Source of the DNA: Alphaproteobacteria bacterium
Lineage (GTDB): Bacteria; Pseudomonadota; Alphaproteobacteria; UBA2966
DNA length: 64,000 nucleotides
Reading direction: 5' to 3'
Assembly (NCBI GenBank): GCA_964291395.2
Contig: OZ219856.1
Location: 768,001 to 832,000 of the forward strand
Below the pieces are notes generated by a model. That model made no database searches. It was not told the origin of the DNA and worked only from the letters and a program-made list of their open reading frames with translations. Both the position numbers and the translations under genes were made by a program. Every line of letters begins with the position of its first letter. The stretch's first letter is position 1. This document shows, piece by piece, positions 20,849-31,475 of the stretch.

Positions 20849-20910
20849 GCGTCCGGAAAACGACCGTCCGGCCGGTGCGGCCGCTGTCCCGTCCGGCGGC
20901 CCGGGCACCC

Positions 20911-21249
20911 TCAGGCATCGAGGGCGGCAAGCGCCTCCGCCCTGGACGGGTGAATGGGGATGAACTGGTCGAAGCCGCTTATCGTGATGACCTTCCGGAC
21001 TTGCTCCGACACGGTGCAGAACGCCACCGCGGTCTCCCGGCGCAGAAGATCCCTGATGAGCATGAGGAGGACGCGAAGGCCCGTGCTGCTGATGTAGGTG
21101 AGGTTCTCGAGGTCCATGATCACGGCGCGGTCGCCGTCCTCGACCACGGCCCTGACGGCCTCCTCGAACTGGGGAGCGTTGAAGCCGTCGACGCGGCCGC
21201 TCACCAGGATCGACAGGACGTCGTCCAGCCGTTCCGTCGTCACATTCAT
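20911..21249 (-). CDS. STAS anti-sigma factor antagonist
   Basis: GRVDG...YISSTGLRVLL...ISGF. Confidence 0.9.
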   Translation of the reverse strand: MNVTTERLDDVLSILVSGRVDGFNAPQFEEAVRAVVEDGDRAVIMDLENLTYISSTGLRVLLMLIRDLLRRETAVAFCTVSEQVRKVITISGFDQFIPIHPSRAEALAALDA

Positions 21250-21334
21250 CGCTTTACCCCTCCCGGGTCCCGCCCGGCATGATTATGCCGTCCAGGGGTC
21301 GCGTCGGGCAACTTCCGGCCGATTGCCGGCCGGG

Positions 21335-22717
21335 CTATGCCTCGGAGAGCCGGGCGACGAACCGCCTGTGCCAGACCTCGACGCTGTTCGATCGGAGAAC
21401 GTGCATCGACCCCCGCCAGCGCTCCCGCCGTTCCTCCAGGGGCATGGTCAGCGCCGCTTGGATGGTCTTGGCCGCGCCCTCCACGTCGTAAGGATTGACG
21501 ATCAGCGCGTCCGGCAGGGATTGGGCCGCGCCCGCGAAACGCGAGAGCACCAGGACTCCCGGATCCTCCGGCGCCTGGGCGGCGAGATACTCCATCGCGA
21601 CGAGGTTCATGCCGTCCCGCAGCGGCGTGACCAGACCGACCCGCGCGAGACGCAGGAAGCCGAAGAGGGTGCGCCGGCCGAAGCTCTTGTTGAGATATCT
21701 GATCGGCACCCAGTCGAAGTCCGCCAGCGCGCCGTTCACGTGTCCGGCGAGGGCCTCGAGGGTGCGGCGGATTTCGGTGTATTCGGGCACGCCGCCGCGC
21801 GTCGGCGGCGCGATCTGCATCAGGGACACGCGGTTGAGGTTGCGGGGATAGGCCCGCAGAAGATGGGCGAAGGCCTCGAAGCGCTGCGGCAGGCCCTTGG
21901 TGTAGTCGAGCCGGTCGACGCCGATGATCAGACGGCGGCCGCCGAGGCTGGCCTGAAGGCGCTCGACCTCCCGGCTGTTCTCGGTGCTGGCGGCGCTATG
22001 CTCGACATGGCGGGTGTCGATGCCGATCGGATGGGCCTCGACCCTGAACGTCCGCCGGAACGCCCGAACGACCGCTCCTCCCTCGCGCTCCTCCACCCGG
22101 GCGTCCGCCTCGCGGACCAGATAGTCCAACAGGTGGCCGCGGTCCGTCTCCGTCTGGAAGCCGACGAGGTCGAAGAAGGAAAAGCAGCGCATGAGCTCCC
22201 CGTGCACGGGCAGGGTCGCCAGGAGCTCCCGGGGCGGCAGGGGCGTGTGCAGAAAGAAGCCTATGCGGTTCCGGACGCCGAGCCGCCGCAATTCTTCGCC
22301 GAGGGGAATCAGGTGGTAGTCGTGAACCCAGATCATGTCGTCGGGCCGCAGCACGCCGGTCAGCTTGCGGGCGAAATCCGCGTTGACGCGCCGATAGCCG
22401 GCGTAGGTCCCGCGGTCGAAGTTGACGAGATCGACGCGGTAATGGAAAAGCGGCCAGAGCGTGGCGTTGGCGAAGCGGTTGTAATACTCCTCGTGGTCGC
22501 GTTCGCTGAGATCCACGGTGGCGCGGCTGAGCCGTCCGCTCTCGGTCACGCGCACGGTCTCGTCGGGAGCGGCGGCGACCTCGCCGCTCCAGCCGAACCA
22601 GACGCCCCCGGAGCGCCTCAGAGCGGCGAGCACGGCGACGGCCAGACCGCCCGCGGCGGTCTTGCCCTCGTTGACCGGCGCCACGCGGTTCGAAACGACG
22701 ACGATACGATTCGTCAT
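21335..22717 (-). CDS. otsA: Trehalose-6-phosphate synthase
   Basis: [42 protein letters not shown]. Confidence 0.96.
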   Translation of the reverse strand: MTNRIVVVSNRVAPVNEGKTAAGGLAVAVLAALRRSGGVWFGWSGEVAAAPDETVRVTESGRLSRATVDLSERDHEEYYNRFANATLWPLFHYRVDLVNFDRGTYAGYRRVNADFARKLTGVLRPDDMIWVHDYHLIPLGEELRRLGVRNRIGFFLHTPLPPRELLATLPVHGELMRCFSFFDLVGFQTETDRGHLLDYLVREADARVEEREGGAVVRAFRRTFRVEAHPIGIDTRHVEHSAASTENSREVERLQASLGGRRLIIGVDRLDYTKGLPQRFEAFAHLLRAYPRNLNRVSLMQIAPPTRGGVPEYTEIRRTLEALAGHVNGALADFDWVPIRYLNKSFGRRTLFGFLRLARVGLVTPLRDGMNLVAMEYLAAQAPEDPGVLVLSRFAGAAQSLPDALIVNPYDVEGAAKTIQAALTMPLEERRERWRGSMHVLRSNSVEVWHRRFVARLSEA

Positions 22718-22730
22718 GCGCCCCCCGGGG

Positions 22731-24509
22731 CTAGAACGCGTCCTCCCAGGGCTGAGAGAGCTTGATCGCCGATGCGATCAGGCCGACCATGCTGTAGGTC
22801 TGCGGGAAGTTGCCCCACAGCTCCCCCGTTTTCGGATCCAGATCCTCCGACAGGAGGCCCATCGAATTGCAGGACGCCAGCATGTTTTCGAACAGCCGGC
22901 GCGCCTCCTTCCATTTGCCGACGGCCGCGAGGGCGTCGATGTACCAGAACGTGCACACGTTGAAGGCGTTTTCCGGCGCGCCGAAATCGTCCGTCTCGAC
23001 GTAACGGAAGACGTGGTCGCCGCGGCGCAGCTCGCGCTCGACCGCGGCGACGGTGCCGATGAAGCGCGGATCGCGGGCGCTGCAGAAGGAAATCTCGTGC
23101 ATGAGCAGCAGTGCCGCGTCGATCTCGCTGCCGCCGAAGGCGCTCACATAGCTGTGTTTTTCGTCGTTCCAGGCCTCGCGCTCGATGCACTCGCGGATCG
23201 TGTCGGCGCGCGCCTCCCACAGATCGGCCCGGTCCGCGAGTCCGAGACGGCGGGCGATGCGGCCCAGACGGTCACAGGCCGCCCAGCACATGAGCGCCGA
23301 AAAGGTGTGGACGCGCTCACGCCCGCGCAGTTCCCAGATCCCCGCGTCCTCCTTGTCGTAAAGCCGGGCCGCCACTTCGCCGACCCGCTCCAGAACCCGG
23401 AACAAACTCTCGTCCCCGCGCAGATCGAGGCGCTCGTCGAAGAACGCCTGTGCGCAGGCGAGGATGACGGTCCCGTAGACGTCGTTCTGGGTCTGGACAT
23501 AGGCGAGATTGCCCGCCCTCACCGGCTGGTGGCCGCGATACCCCTGGAGCGTGTCGATCTCGCGCTCGGCGAGGTCGGTCTCCATCTGGATGCCGAAAAC
23601 CGGTTGAAGCGTGCCGTCCGGGCTCGCCGCGACGATGTTCAGGATGTAGCGAAGGTACTCCTCCATCGTTCGGGTGACGCCCAGGCGATTGAAGGCACGG
23701 ATGACGAAATAGGTATCGCGCAACCAGCAATAGCGGTAGTCCCAGGTGCGCGAGGTGCCGTTTGCTTCGGGGATCGACGTGGTGATCGCGGCCAGGACGG
23801 CGCCCGTCTCCTCGACCTCGCACAGCTTGAGCGTGATGGCCGCCCGGATCACCGGGCTCTGCCATTCGAAGGGCAGGGCGAGGTAACGGACCCATTCCCG
23901 CCAATAGTCGTCCGTCCTTTCCAGGAACTCCCGGGCAAGCTCGGCGATGTCCCGCTCTATGGGGTCGTCCGGGCCGAGTATGAGATCGAACGAGCGGTTC
24001 AGCAGGAACGCCGTTTCCTCGAGTATGAAGGAGACCGGCGCGTTCGTCGTGAGTCGCAGGATGTGGTCGGGCAGGACGTAGCGCAGATGGTTGCTGCCGC
24101 GCGTGACGACCGGCTTCTCCGCCCCGTAGTTCCCGGCCGGCCGCAGCCTGATGCGGACGTGCGGGGTGCCGGAGAGCGGGATCAGTCTGCGGACCAGCGT
24201 CAGGGGGCGGGCGATGCGGCCGTGCCGCTTGAAGCGCGGCGCGAAGTCCTGGATCTTCAGCGCATCGCCGGTCTTCGTGCGGAGGGTCGTCTCGACGATC
24301 GCGGTGTTCGGCAGATAGCGCTGTTCGCTCGTCGCGAGATCGGCGAGCTCGACCTCGTAGAAGCCGACGGGCTCGGTGGGCTGCAGCAGATCGCAGAAGA
24401 CGGGGTTGCCGTCGAAGCGGGGCATGCACGCCCAAACCAGGCGCGCCCGCGGGTCGAGCAGCCCCGCATAGCTGCAGTTCCCCACCATGGCGAGATCGAG
24501 CGACTGCAT
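22731..24509 (-). CDS. GH15 trehalase/glucoamylase-like
   Basis: AAITTSIPE, WDYRYCWLRD, GIWELR, GLLSED, GNFPQTYS. Confidence 0.93.
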   Translation of the reverse strand: MQSLDLAMVGNCSYAGLLDPRARLVWACMPRFDGNPVFCDLLQPTEPVGFYEVELADLATSEQRYLPNTAIVETTLRTKTGDALKIQDFAPRFKRHGRIARPLTLVRRLIPLSGTPHVRIRLRPAGNYGAEKPVVTRGSNHLRYVLPDHILRLTTNAPVSFILEETAFLLNRSFDLILGPDDPIERDIAELAREFLERTDDYWREWVRYLALPFEWQSPVIRAAITLKLCEVEETGAVLAAITTSIPEANGTSRTWDYRYCWLRDTYFVIRAFNRLGVTRTMEEYLRYILNIVAASPDGTLQPVFGIQMETDLAEREIDTLQGYRGHQPVRAGNLAYVQTQNDVYGTVILACAQAFFDERLDLRGDESLFRVLERVGEVAARLYDKEDAGIWELRGRERVHTFSALMCWAACDRLGRIARRLGLADRADLWEARADTIRECIEREAWNDEKHSYVSAFGGSEIDAALLLMHEISFCSARDPRFIGTVAAVERELRRGDHVFRYVETDDFGAPENAFNVCTFWYIDALAAVGKWKEARRLFENMLASCNSMGLLSEDLDPKTGELWGNFPQTYSMVGLIASAIKLSQPWEDAF

Positions 24510-24732
24510 CTCAGGCCGTCGCCTGGGCGCTGTGCGCCGCGATCCGTTCGAGCCGGTCGGCCAGGCGTTCCCGTAACTCCGGATCATGCAATGGATGGTG
24601 TGTCACGCTGACAGCATATCACACCAATAGTATCGAGCGGGCCGCTCGACCGATTCCCTGCTCGTTTCGCCTCGTGGCGTGGCTTGCGCCGGCCATGCGC
24701 CGCGCCTGCGCCCGGACATCGCCGAGGCGCGC

Positions 24733-25050
24733 TCAGTCGATGGGGTCGAGGGTGATGGCCAGGCGCTTCCCGAGCAGCGGCCGGACCTTGTCCGCCCATT
24801 CGCCGGTGCGGATGGCGGTCTGCCAGGCTTCCGAAGACCTCGTTTCGGCGGAGTCGACCTCGTACAGCGCGAAATACGTGGGTACGTCCAGGTCGCCGTC
24901 GACACCGTTCAACTTGTAGCGCTTCGCCCCGTGCACGCCGGGGATGCTCAACAGCGCCGGGATATGGCTTTCGTTGTAGAGACGGTTGAACTCCTCTTCG
25001 CTGACGCCGTCGGGCTTTTCCATCATTATCATGAGCAACGTCTTCGACAT
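24733..25050 (-). CDS. EthD/DUF4286-like protein
   Basis: EEEFNRLYNESHIPALLSIPG...YFALYE. Confidence 0.7.
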   Translation of the reverse strand: MSKTLLMIMMEKPDGVSEEEFNRLYNESHIPALLSIPGVHGAKRYKLNGVDGDLDVPTYFALYEVDSAETRSSEAWQTAIRTGEWADKVRPLLGKRLAITLDPID

Positions 25051-25098
25051 CTGTCCTCTCCCTTGTTGCGCGTTCACTCGATCAAGATCGGCTTGGGG

Positions 25099-26307
25099 TC
25101 ACGACACCAGGAGCCCGCCGGACCCCTTGAGATTGTCGATCTCGTCTTCCCGGTACCCCAACTCCCTCAAAACCTCGGCGCCGTGCTCTCCATGGCGCGG
25201 CGCATGCCGGTGGATGGATGCGGGCGTCCCCGAGAACCGAACCGTCGGTCTGGTCAGGACGGTCGCGCCCTCGCTCGGATGCGTCGAACGGTGAAAGAAG
25301 CCAACCGCTTGCAGGTGCTCGTCCTCGAACAGGTCATCGAGCGTGTTCACCGGTGCCCAGGGGATCTGCGCCCGGTCGCAAAGCTCGGCCCACGCGGCAA
25401 CCGTCCGCTCTGCGACCGCCTCCCCCACCATGGCGTAGAGCGCATCGACGTTCTTGATGCGTGAGGCGTAGTCGCGGAATCGGGAATCTTCCCGCATGTC
25501 CGCCCGACCGGATATCTCGAAGAAGGCGGACCATTGCTTCTCCGTATACGGCATGATGCAGATGTAGCCGTCCTTGGCTCTGGCCGGTTTGCGATGCGGT
25601 GACGTGATGCGGGCATATCCCGCGCCTCCCAAAGGCGGCTCGAATGCGCGCCCATTGATGTGCTCGGCCAGCAGGAAGGCCGCCATCGTCTCGAACATCG
25701 GCACCTCGATCTCCTGGCCCTCTCCGGTCTGCGACCGATGGAACAGCGCGCCGAGGATGGCCTGGCTCGCCGTCAGACCGACGATCTTGTCGACCAGGAT
25801 GGTCGGCGTGTAGCGCGGTGCGCCGTCCGCATCTGCGCCGAGTACGGCAAGACCCGACGATCCCTGAATGAGGTCGTCGTAGGCAGGCTTGGCGGCGTAG
25901 GGCCCCTTCTCCGAGTAGCCATACGCGCCGCAGTAGACGATGTCCGACTTCAGAATCTTCACCGCCCCGTAGTCGAACCCGAGCCGCGCGATGGCTTGCG
26001 GCCGCATGTTGTGGAAAAAGACGTCCGCTGTCGGGATGAGGCGCCGCAGGGCTTCCTTCGCCTCCTCCTGCTTGAGATCGAGGACGACGCTCCGCTTGTT
26101 GCGGTTCACGTTGAGGAAGATCCCTGCCATGCCGTCGCTGCGCTTGGGACCCGCGTGGCGGATGGGATCGCCTGCGCCCGGAGCCTCGATCTTGATGACG
26201 TCCGCGCCGAGGTCGCCGAGGAGCTGCGTCGCATAGGGGCCCAGGACGATCGTCGTGATGTCGATCACGCGAACGCCGGAAAGAGGCCCGGTGGGTCGGT
26301 CGGTCAT
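25099..26307 (-). CDS. CaiB/BaiF class III CoA-transferase
   Basis: GPLSGVRVID, LGDLGADVIKIE, NRNKRS, YDDLIQ. Confidence 0.95.
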   Translation of the reverse strand: MTDRPTGPLSGVRVIDITTIVLGPYATQLLGDLGADVIKIEAPGAGDPIRHAGPKRSDGMAGIFLNVNRNKRSVVLDLKQEEAKEALRRLIPTADVFFHNMRPQAIARLGFDYGAVKILKSDIVYCGAYGYSEKGPYAAKPAYDDLIQGSSGLAVLGADADGAPRYTPTILVDKIVGLTASQAILGALFHRSQTGEGQEIEVPMFETMAAFLLAEHINGRAFEPPLGGAGYARITSPHRKPARAKDGYICIMPYTEKQWSAFFEISGRADMREDSRFRDYASRIKNVDALYAMVGEAVAERTVAAWAELCDRAQIPWAPVNTLDDLFEDEHLQAVGFFHRSTHPSEGATVLTRPTVRFSGTPASIHRHAPRHGEHGAEVLRELGYREDEIDNLKGSGGLLVS

Positions 26308-26496
26308 GGTGCGGAACTACGAAGGGTGTGCGGTCTCCAAGGGGCCGCCTACCGTACGTTTCCGGGCCCCATTGATCGGTTCCCGAACATTGCCTCTCCT
26401 TCCGGTTGCCGACACGGTTTGCCGGACCCGGGCAGGCTAGCTTCGGGCGATAGGTTCAGTCAAAACAGTATTGCTGAACCATATCTTCAAAATAAT

Positions 26497-27552
26497 TTAT
26501 GTTGATGCTTTTTGGGAGGATGTCTGTCGGCGCTGGCGCCGGACCGTCGTCGGGTCGGGAATCTCCCGGACCCGGTGGCCGGCGTCGGGAGCAAGTCCGA
26601 CCGGCCATGCACCGACGTCGAGACCGGACCGGTTGGGGGGGAGCCGGTCAGGCGACCTGCGCTCTCGTGTCGCCGTTCGTTGCCACCCCGTTGCCACCCC
26701 GCACAATGCGTCGTACATCGCGTCCAGAAACTTCGGCCGGCGGGTCTCGCGCTTCTGAACCAGGGAAACCGTGCGTTGTATGGCGGGCGAACCGAATGAA
26801 ACCAGGTAGAGGTCGTCCAGGTATCGCTCTCCGATCGTGGACCTCGGGTTGATCCCGACCGCAAGACCATGCAGCACCATCATCAGGAGGGTTTCCACGG
26901 TATCGAACTCCATGAGCGGATCGATCTTGATTCTGCGTTTCTTCAGAGCCTGTTCGATCAGGCGGCTGACCTCCGAGTTCCGGTTCGGACCGACGTACGG
27001 ATTGCTGGTCAGGATCTCGATGTCGCTCCGGCCGGCATGGCTGCGGGGAGCGACCACGACCAACGTGTCGGTCAGGATCGGCCTGCTGATCAATTCGGCA
27101 TCGAGTTCCGGAAACTGGGTGATGACCGCCGCGTCCAGACGGCCTCGCACGACCGAGTGCGCCAGGTCGCTCGCGTAGCCGGTGACGATTTGCACCTGCA
27201 AGTGACCGTACCTCTTGCGAAGATCGCTGAGCGTCTGGGGAAAGAAGTGCGATAGGCCCGTCACCGCGCCGATCTTGATGGATCCCCTGAGCTCGCTGGA
27301 AACCGGCGCCGAGTCCTTGAACTTCTCGCACATGTCGACGATTTCCCTGGCTTGGTCCAGGATCAGCAAGCCGGCGTTGTTGAGACGCGGCGGCCTGACC
27401 GATCGCTCGAAAAGCTCGAACCCGAGCCATTCCTCCAGGCGCTTGATTTGCATGCTGATCGCCGCCTGGGTCAGCCCCAGTTTGGCGGCGGCCGAGTTGA
27501 AACCGCCCGTGTCGACGATGGCGACGAGAGCCCTGAGATGATTGAGTTGCAT
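26497..27552 (-). CDS. LysR regulator; C-terminus extended by an 11-bp duplication
   Basis: FNSAAAKLGLTQAAISMQIKRLE; CGTTGCCACCC x2 at 26678-26699 bypasses the TGA at 26648. Confidence 0.9.
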   Translation of the reverse strand: MQLNHLRALVAIVDTGGFNSAAAKLGLTQAAISMQIKRLEEWLGFELFERSVRPPRLNNAGLLILDQAREIVDMCEKFKDSAPVSSELRGSIKIGAVTGLSHFFPQTLSDLRKRYGHLQVQIVTGYASDLAHSVVRGRLDAAVITQFPELDAELISRPILTDTLVVVAPRSHAGRSDIEILTSNPYVGPNRNSEVSRLIEQALKKRRIKIDPLMEFDTVETLLMMVLHGLAVGINPRSTIGERYLDDLYLVSFGSPAIQRTVSLVQKRETRRPKFLDAMYDALCGVATGWQRTATRERRSPDRLPPNRSGLDVGAWPVGLAPDAGHRVREIPDPTTVRRQRRQTSSQKAST

Positions 27553-27668
27553 GGTCGAGTCCGAGACGTGCCGGATGTTTCGGCGTGATGCGGAGGTGGC
27601 GACGCCACGCGGCGCGGACCGTGGCGCCGAACGGGAGTCCGGAGCTTCAGCCGATCGGTACGGCCTAT

Positions 27669-27690
27669 CATAACGGTTTTTGAAGTTATG
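27669..27690. promoter_or_regulatory. Candidate LysR binding site CATAAC-N10-GTTATG
   Basis: Inverted repeat in the divergent LysR/dioxygenase intergenic region. Confidence 0.45.
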
Positions 27691-27815
27691 GTTAAGTGAA
27701 ATTAGTTGGCCTGAACCAGTACCCGCATGTAGTGTGGGCGTTCGTGGGTTCGCGCCGATCCGAGGATCGAGCGGCCGGACGGCTGCAGCTTGATGCCACC
27801 CGCTGGGAGGTGTTC

Positions 27816-29174
27816 ATGTCAGACACTAGCATCCACGATCTGGTCAGGGTCGACGACGGGCTGATCAGCCGCAGGATCTTCGTCGATCCCGACATCTATC
27901 GGACCGAGCTGGAGAACATCTTCGCCAGGTGCTGGCTCTTTCTCGCGCACGAAAGCCAGATCCCCGATCCGGGAGACTACACGACGAATTACATGGGCGA
28001 AGACCCGGTGCTGATCTGGCGGGGCCTGGACGGCAAGGTTCGCGCCTTCCTCAACTCGTGCCGTCACCGGGGTATGCGTGTCTGCCGTACCGACACCGGC
28101 AACGCCCGCCAGTTCGCCTGCCCGTTCCACGGCTGGACCTACGGCAGCAATGGCGAGCTCAAGACGGTGCCGAGCTTCGAAGACAGCTATTTCGGCGACC
28201 TCGACAAGGAGAACTGGGGCCTCCACGAGGTGCCGCGGCTTGCCAGCTACGGCGGGTTCATCTTCGGCAACTGGGACGAAGACGCCGAGAGCCTGGACGA
28301 CTACCTTGGAAATACGCGCTGGTACCTGGACATCGTGATAGAGCGGGCGATCGGCGGTATCGAGGTGTTTCCCGGGCAGCAGCGCTATTCCGTCGACGGC
28401 AACTGGAAGATCGCGTCGGAGACCTTCGTCGGCGACGGGTACCACATCCCCCAAAGCCACGGGTCGGCGTTCTCGCTCCCCGTTCGCCCACTCAACCCCG
28501 CCAATCCCTTCAGCGGCTACAGGGGCAAGCTGACCTACTACGACGTTGGCCTCGACAACGGCCACGGCTTCTCGCAGGCCACGCTGGCGGGGGAACGAAT
28601 CGAGGTGGACCGCATGGAGGCCGAGGAGATGGGCCCCGAGGTCGTCGAGTACGTCGAGGAGTGCTATGCCAGGCTGGTCAAGCTCTCGCAGGCCCAGGCG
28701 GACGTTTACGCGTGGACTTTCGGCAACCTGTTCCCCAACTTCTCGATCAATAACTTCAGCGCGCTCCGGCCGATTGGCCTCATGCTCTGGACTCCCAAGG
28801 GTCCGGGACGCCTCGAGGTCTGGCAGTGGGGCGCGACCGACAGGGATGCCCCCAAGATCCTGAAGGACCGGGTCCGTCACGATTTCATCCGCAATCAGGC
28901 GTCCGTGGGAGTCCTGGCGCAGGACGACACGGAGAACTTCGAGCAGGTGACGGCGTCGACCGCCGGGGTCGTCGCCCAGCGTCTCGACTTCAACTACCAG
29001 ATGACCCTGAATCGGGGCCCGGTCTCGGGCTTCGACGAGTTCCCGGGATACATCTCCACCTATTGCTCGGAGGAGAATCATCGCCGTTTCTACAGGCGCT
29101 ATGCCGAGCTGATGGACGGCGGGGAAGGCGCGCGGCAGGCTTATGAGGGACCGCGGTTGGCCGCGCAGGGCTGA
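27816..29174 (+). CDS. Aromatic ring-hydroxylating dioxygenase alpha subunit
   Basis: Rieske CRHRG...CPFHGW; GDGYH...SH and QDD iron ligands. Confidence 0.95.
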   Translation: MSDTSIHDLVRVDDGLISRRIFVDPDIYRTELENIFARCWLFLAHESQIPDPGDYTTNYMGEDPVLIWRGLDGKVRAFLNSCRHRGMRVCRTDTGNARQFACPFHGWTYGSNGELKTVPSFEDSYFGDLDKENWGLHEVPRLASYGGFIFGNWDEDAESLDDYLGNTRWYLDIVIERAIGGIEVFPGQQRYSVDGNWKIASETFVGDGYHIPQSHGSAFSLPVRPLNPANPFSGYRGKLTYYDVGLDNGHGFSQATLAGERIEVDRMEAEEMGPEVVEYVEECYARLVKLSQAQADVYAWTFGNLFPNFSINNFSALRPIGLMLWTPKGPGRLEVWQWGATDRDAPKILKDRVRHDFIRNQASVGVLAQDDTENFEQVTASTAGVVAQRLDFNYQMTLNRGPVSGFDEFPGYISTYCSEENHRRFYRRYAELMDGGEGARQAYEGPRLAAQG

Positions 29175-29218
29175 CCGGCTCCGACCGGATGGACGGCGGA
29201 AGGGGGCGCCGCGGAATC

Positions 29219-29725
29219 ATGACGAGCCCGGACTTGCAGCACGAGGTCGAGCAGTTCCTTTATCGCGAGGTCCGCATGCTTGCGGAGGGTCGTTTCGAAG
29301 AGTGGCTCGATCTCTTCACCGAGGATTCGCGCTACCTGATGCCGATCCGTGAGACGACCGCCACGCGCGAGGAGTCTGAGCGCGGCGAGGAGTTCCTGCC
29401 GCACGTCGACGACGACAAGGATTTCATGCGGGCCCGCGTCCAGCGGCTGCGCCACCACTTGGCGCACGCGGAGCAGCCGCCCTCGCGGTTGCGCTACTTC
29501 GTCTCGAACATCGAGGTCGAGGACGCGGACGGCGGAGAGGCCGGTGATCTCGACGTGCGTTGCAATCTCATGGTCTATCAGTCGCGGCTCGAGCGGACGG
29601 AGAAGATCTTCGTCGGCCGGCGGGAGGACAGGCTGCGGTCCGAAAACGGAAGCTACCGGATCGCCGGCCGCACGGTCGTTCTCGACCAGTCGTTGCTCCC
29701 CCGGAGCATCACGATCTTCTTCTAG
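29219..29725 (+). CDS. Ring-hydroxylating dioxygenase beta subunit
   Basis: EVEQFLYRE...WLDLF...AEQPPSR...REDRLR. Confidence 0.93.
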   Translation: MTSPDLQHEVEQFLYREVRMLAEGRFEEWLDLFTEDSRYLMPIRETTATREESERGEEFLPHVDDDKDFMRARVQRLRHHLAHAEQPPSRLRYFVSNIEVEDADGGEAGDLDVRCNLMVYQSRLERTEKIFVGRREDRLRSENGSYRIAGRTVVLDQSLLPRSITIFF

Positions 29726-29753
29726 GCCGTCTCGCCCCGCCTCGCAGAATTCG

Positions 29754-31439
29754 GTGTCGGACACGAGCAGTCACGGTGGAGGTGCGGGCGCTCGGCCCGA
29801 GTGCGTCGATGTCGTCGTCGTCGGTGCGGGGTTTGCCGGCCTCTACGCTCTCTATGGCCTGCGCGAGCGCGGACTCGCCGCCCGCGGATTCGAGGCGGGC
29901 GGCGACGTCGGCGGCACTTGGTACTGGAACCGCTACCCCGGCGCCCGGGTCGACATCGAGAGCCTGCAGTACTGTTTCCACTTCTCCCCCGAGATCCGCG
30001 AGGAGTGGTTCTGGTCGGAGCGGTTCGCCTCCCAGCCGGAACTCCTCCGTTACTTCAACTACGTGGCCGACCGCTTCGACCTGCGCCGCGACATCGAGTT
30101 CAATACGCGGGTCGTCTCCGCGGTGTTCGACGACGTCACGAACCTGTGGACCGTCGGGACCGACAAGGGCGATACCGTCGAGGCGACCTATTGCATCATG
30201 GGGACGGGCCTCCTGTCGGCGCCTTACAGCCCCCCGTTTCCCGGTGTCGAGGACTTCCGGGGCGAGTGGTACCACAGCAGCAGATGGCCGCATGAGGAGG
30301 TCGACCTCTCGGGCAGGCGGGTGGGAGTCATCGGCACGGGCTCGACGGGTATCCAGATCGTTCAGACCATCGCGCCCGAGGTGGAACACTTGACCGTGTT
30401 TCAGCGCACGGCGAACTACACCACGCCGGGAATCAACCGGCCGCTCTCCAAGGAGGAACAGCGCGCGTTCAACTCCCGCCATGACGACTGGCTCGCGGAA
30501 GTGCATGGCATGTTCAGTGGCCAGACGAGCGAGTTTCCCGCCCCGACGAAGTCGGCGTTGGAGGATTCTGCCGAGGAACGCTGGCAGTGGCTCGACGAAC
30601 GGTGGGTGAGGGGCGGCCATCCGCAAACCCTTCTCTACGCCTACAACGACTTGATGGCCAACCGGGAATCGAACGACGCCCTGTGCGACTTCGTGCGGGC
30701 AAAGATCCGCTCCATCGTCAAGAACCCCGAGACCGCCGAGCTCTTGTGTCCGAAGGACCAGCCTATGGGAGCCAAGCGCGTCCCGCTCGAGTTCGGCTAC
30801 TTCGAAACCTTCAACCGGGACAACGTCACCCTCGTCGACGTGAAAAGCGCGCCGATCGAGCGCTTCACGGCGAGCGGACTGCGCACCGGAGGCGCGGAGT
30901 ACGAACTCGACGTCATCATCTTCGCGACGGGTTTCGATGCCATAACCGGCGCCATGTTGGCGATCGACATCCGGCGTGAGGGTGGTCCCGCCTTGGAGGA
31001 GCTCTGGGCCGACGGGCCGAAGAACTACCTCGGGCTCATGGTTGCGGGGCTGCCCAATCTCTTCGTCATCAATGGCCCCGGCAGCGCCGGGATCAAGGCC
31101 AACAACGTGCTGGGCGTCGAGCACGGCATCGAATGGGCCATGAATTGCCTCGACCACCTCGTCGCCAACGGCTTCGACCGCATCGAGGCGGTGGAGCAGG
31201 CCCAGGAGGAATGGATAGCGCATTCGAACGAGGTCGCCGAAGCGTCGTTGGTATCCAAGGCCGGCTCCTGGTACACCGGCGCCAACATCCCCGGCAAGCC
31301 CCGGGTCTACATGCCTTACTTCGGCGGGTGGGATCGCTACCTCAAGATCTGTGAAGAGGCTGTTGCGGACGGATATCGCGGGTTTTGCCTGTCGCGCACG
31401 AGCGGGAAGGCGGATAGGCCGACGATCGCCGCGCAGTAG
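29754..31439 (+). CDS. Baeyer-Villiger monooxygenase 1
   Basis: GAGFAG, GGTWYWNRYPGA, FRGEWYHSSRWP fingerprint, GTGSTG, ATGF. Confidence 0.94.
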   Translation: MSDTSSHGGGAGARPECVDVVVVGAGFAGLYALYGLRERGLAARGFEAGGDVGGTWYWNRYPGARVDIESLQYCFHFSPEIREEWFWSERFASQPELLRYFNYVADRFDLRRDIEFNTRVVSAVFDDVTNLWTVGTDKGDTVEATYCIMGTGLLSAPYSPPFPGVEDFRGEWYHSSRWPHEEVDLSGRRVGVIGTGSTGIQIVQTIAPEVEHLTVFQRTANYTTPGINRPLSKEEQRAFNSRHDDWLAEVHGMFSGQTSEFPAPTKSALEDSAEERWQWLDERWVRGGHPQTLLYAYNDLMANRESNDALCDFVRAKIRSIVKNPETAELLCPKDQPMGAKRVPLEFGYFETFNRDNVTLVDVKSAPIERFTASGLRTGGAEYELDVIIFATGFDAITGAMLAIDIRREGGPALEELWADGPKNYLGLMVAGLPNLFVINGPGSAGIKANNVLGVEHGIEWAMNCLDHLVANGFDRIEAVEQAQEEWIAHSNEVAEASLVSKAGSWYTGANIPGKPRVYMPYFGGWDRYLKICEEAVADGYRGFCLSRTSGKADRPTIAAQ

Positions 31440-31475
31440 GGCGCACCTTGTTCAATGGGTCTCGGGAGATATTCC

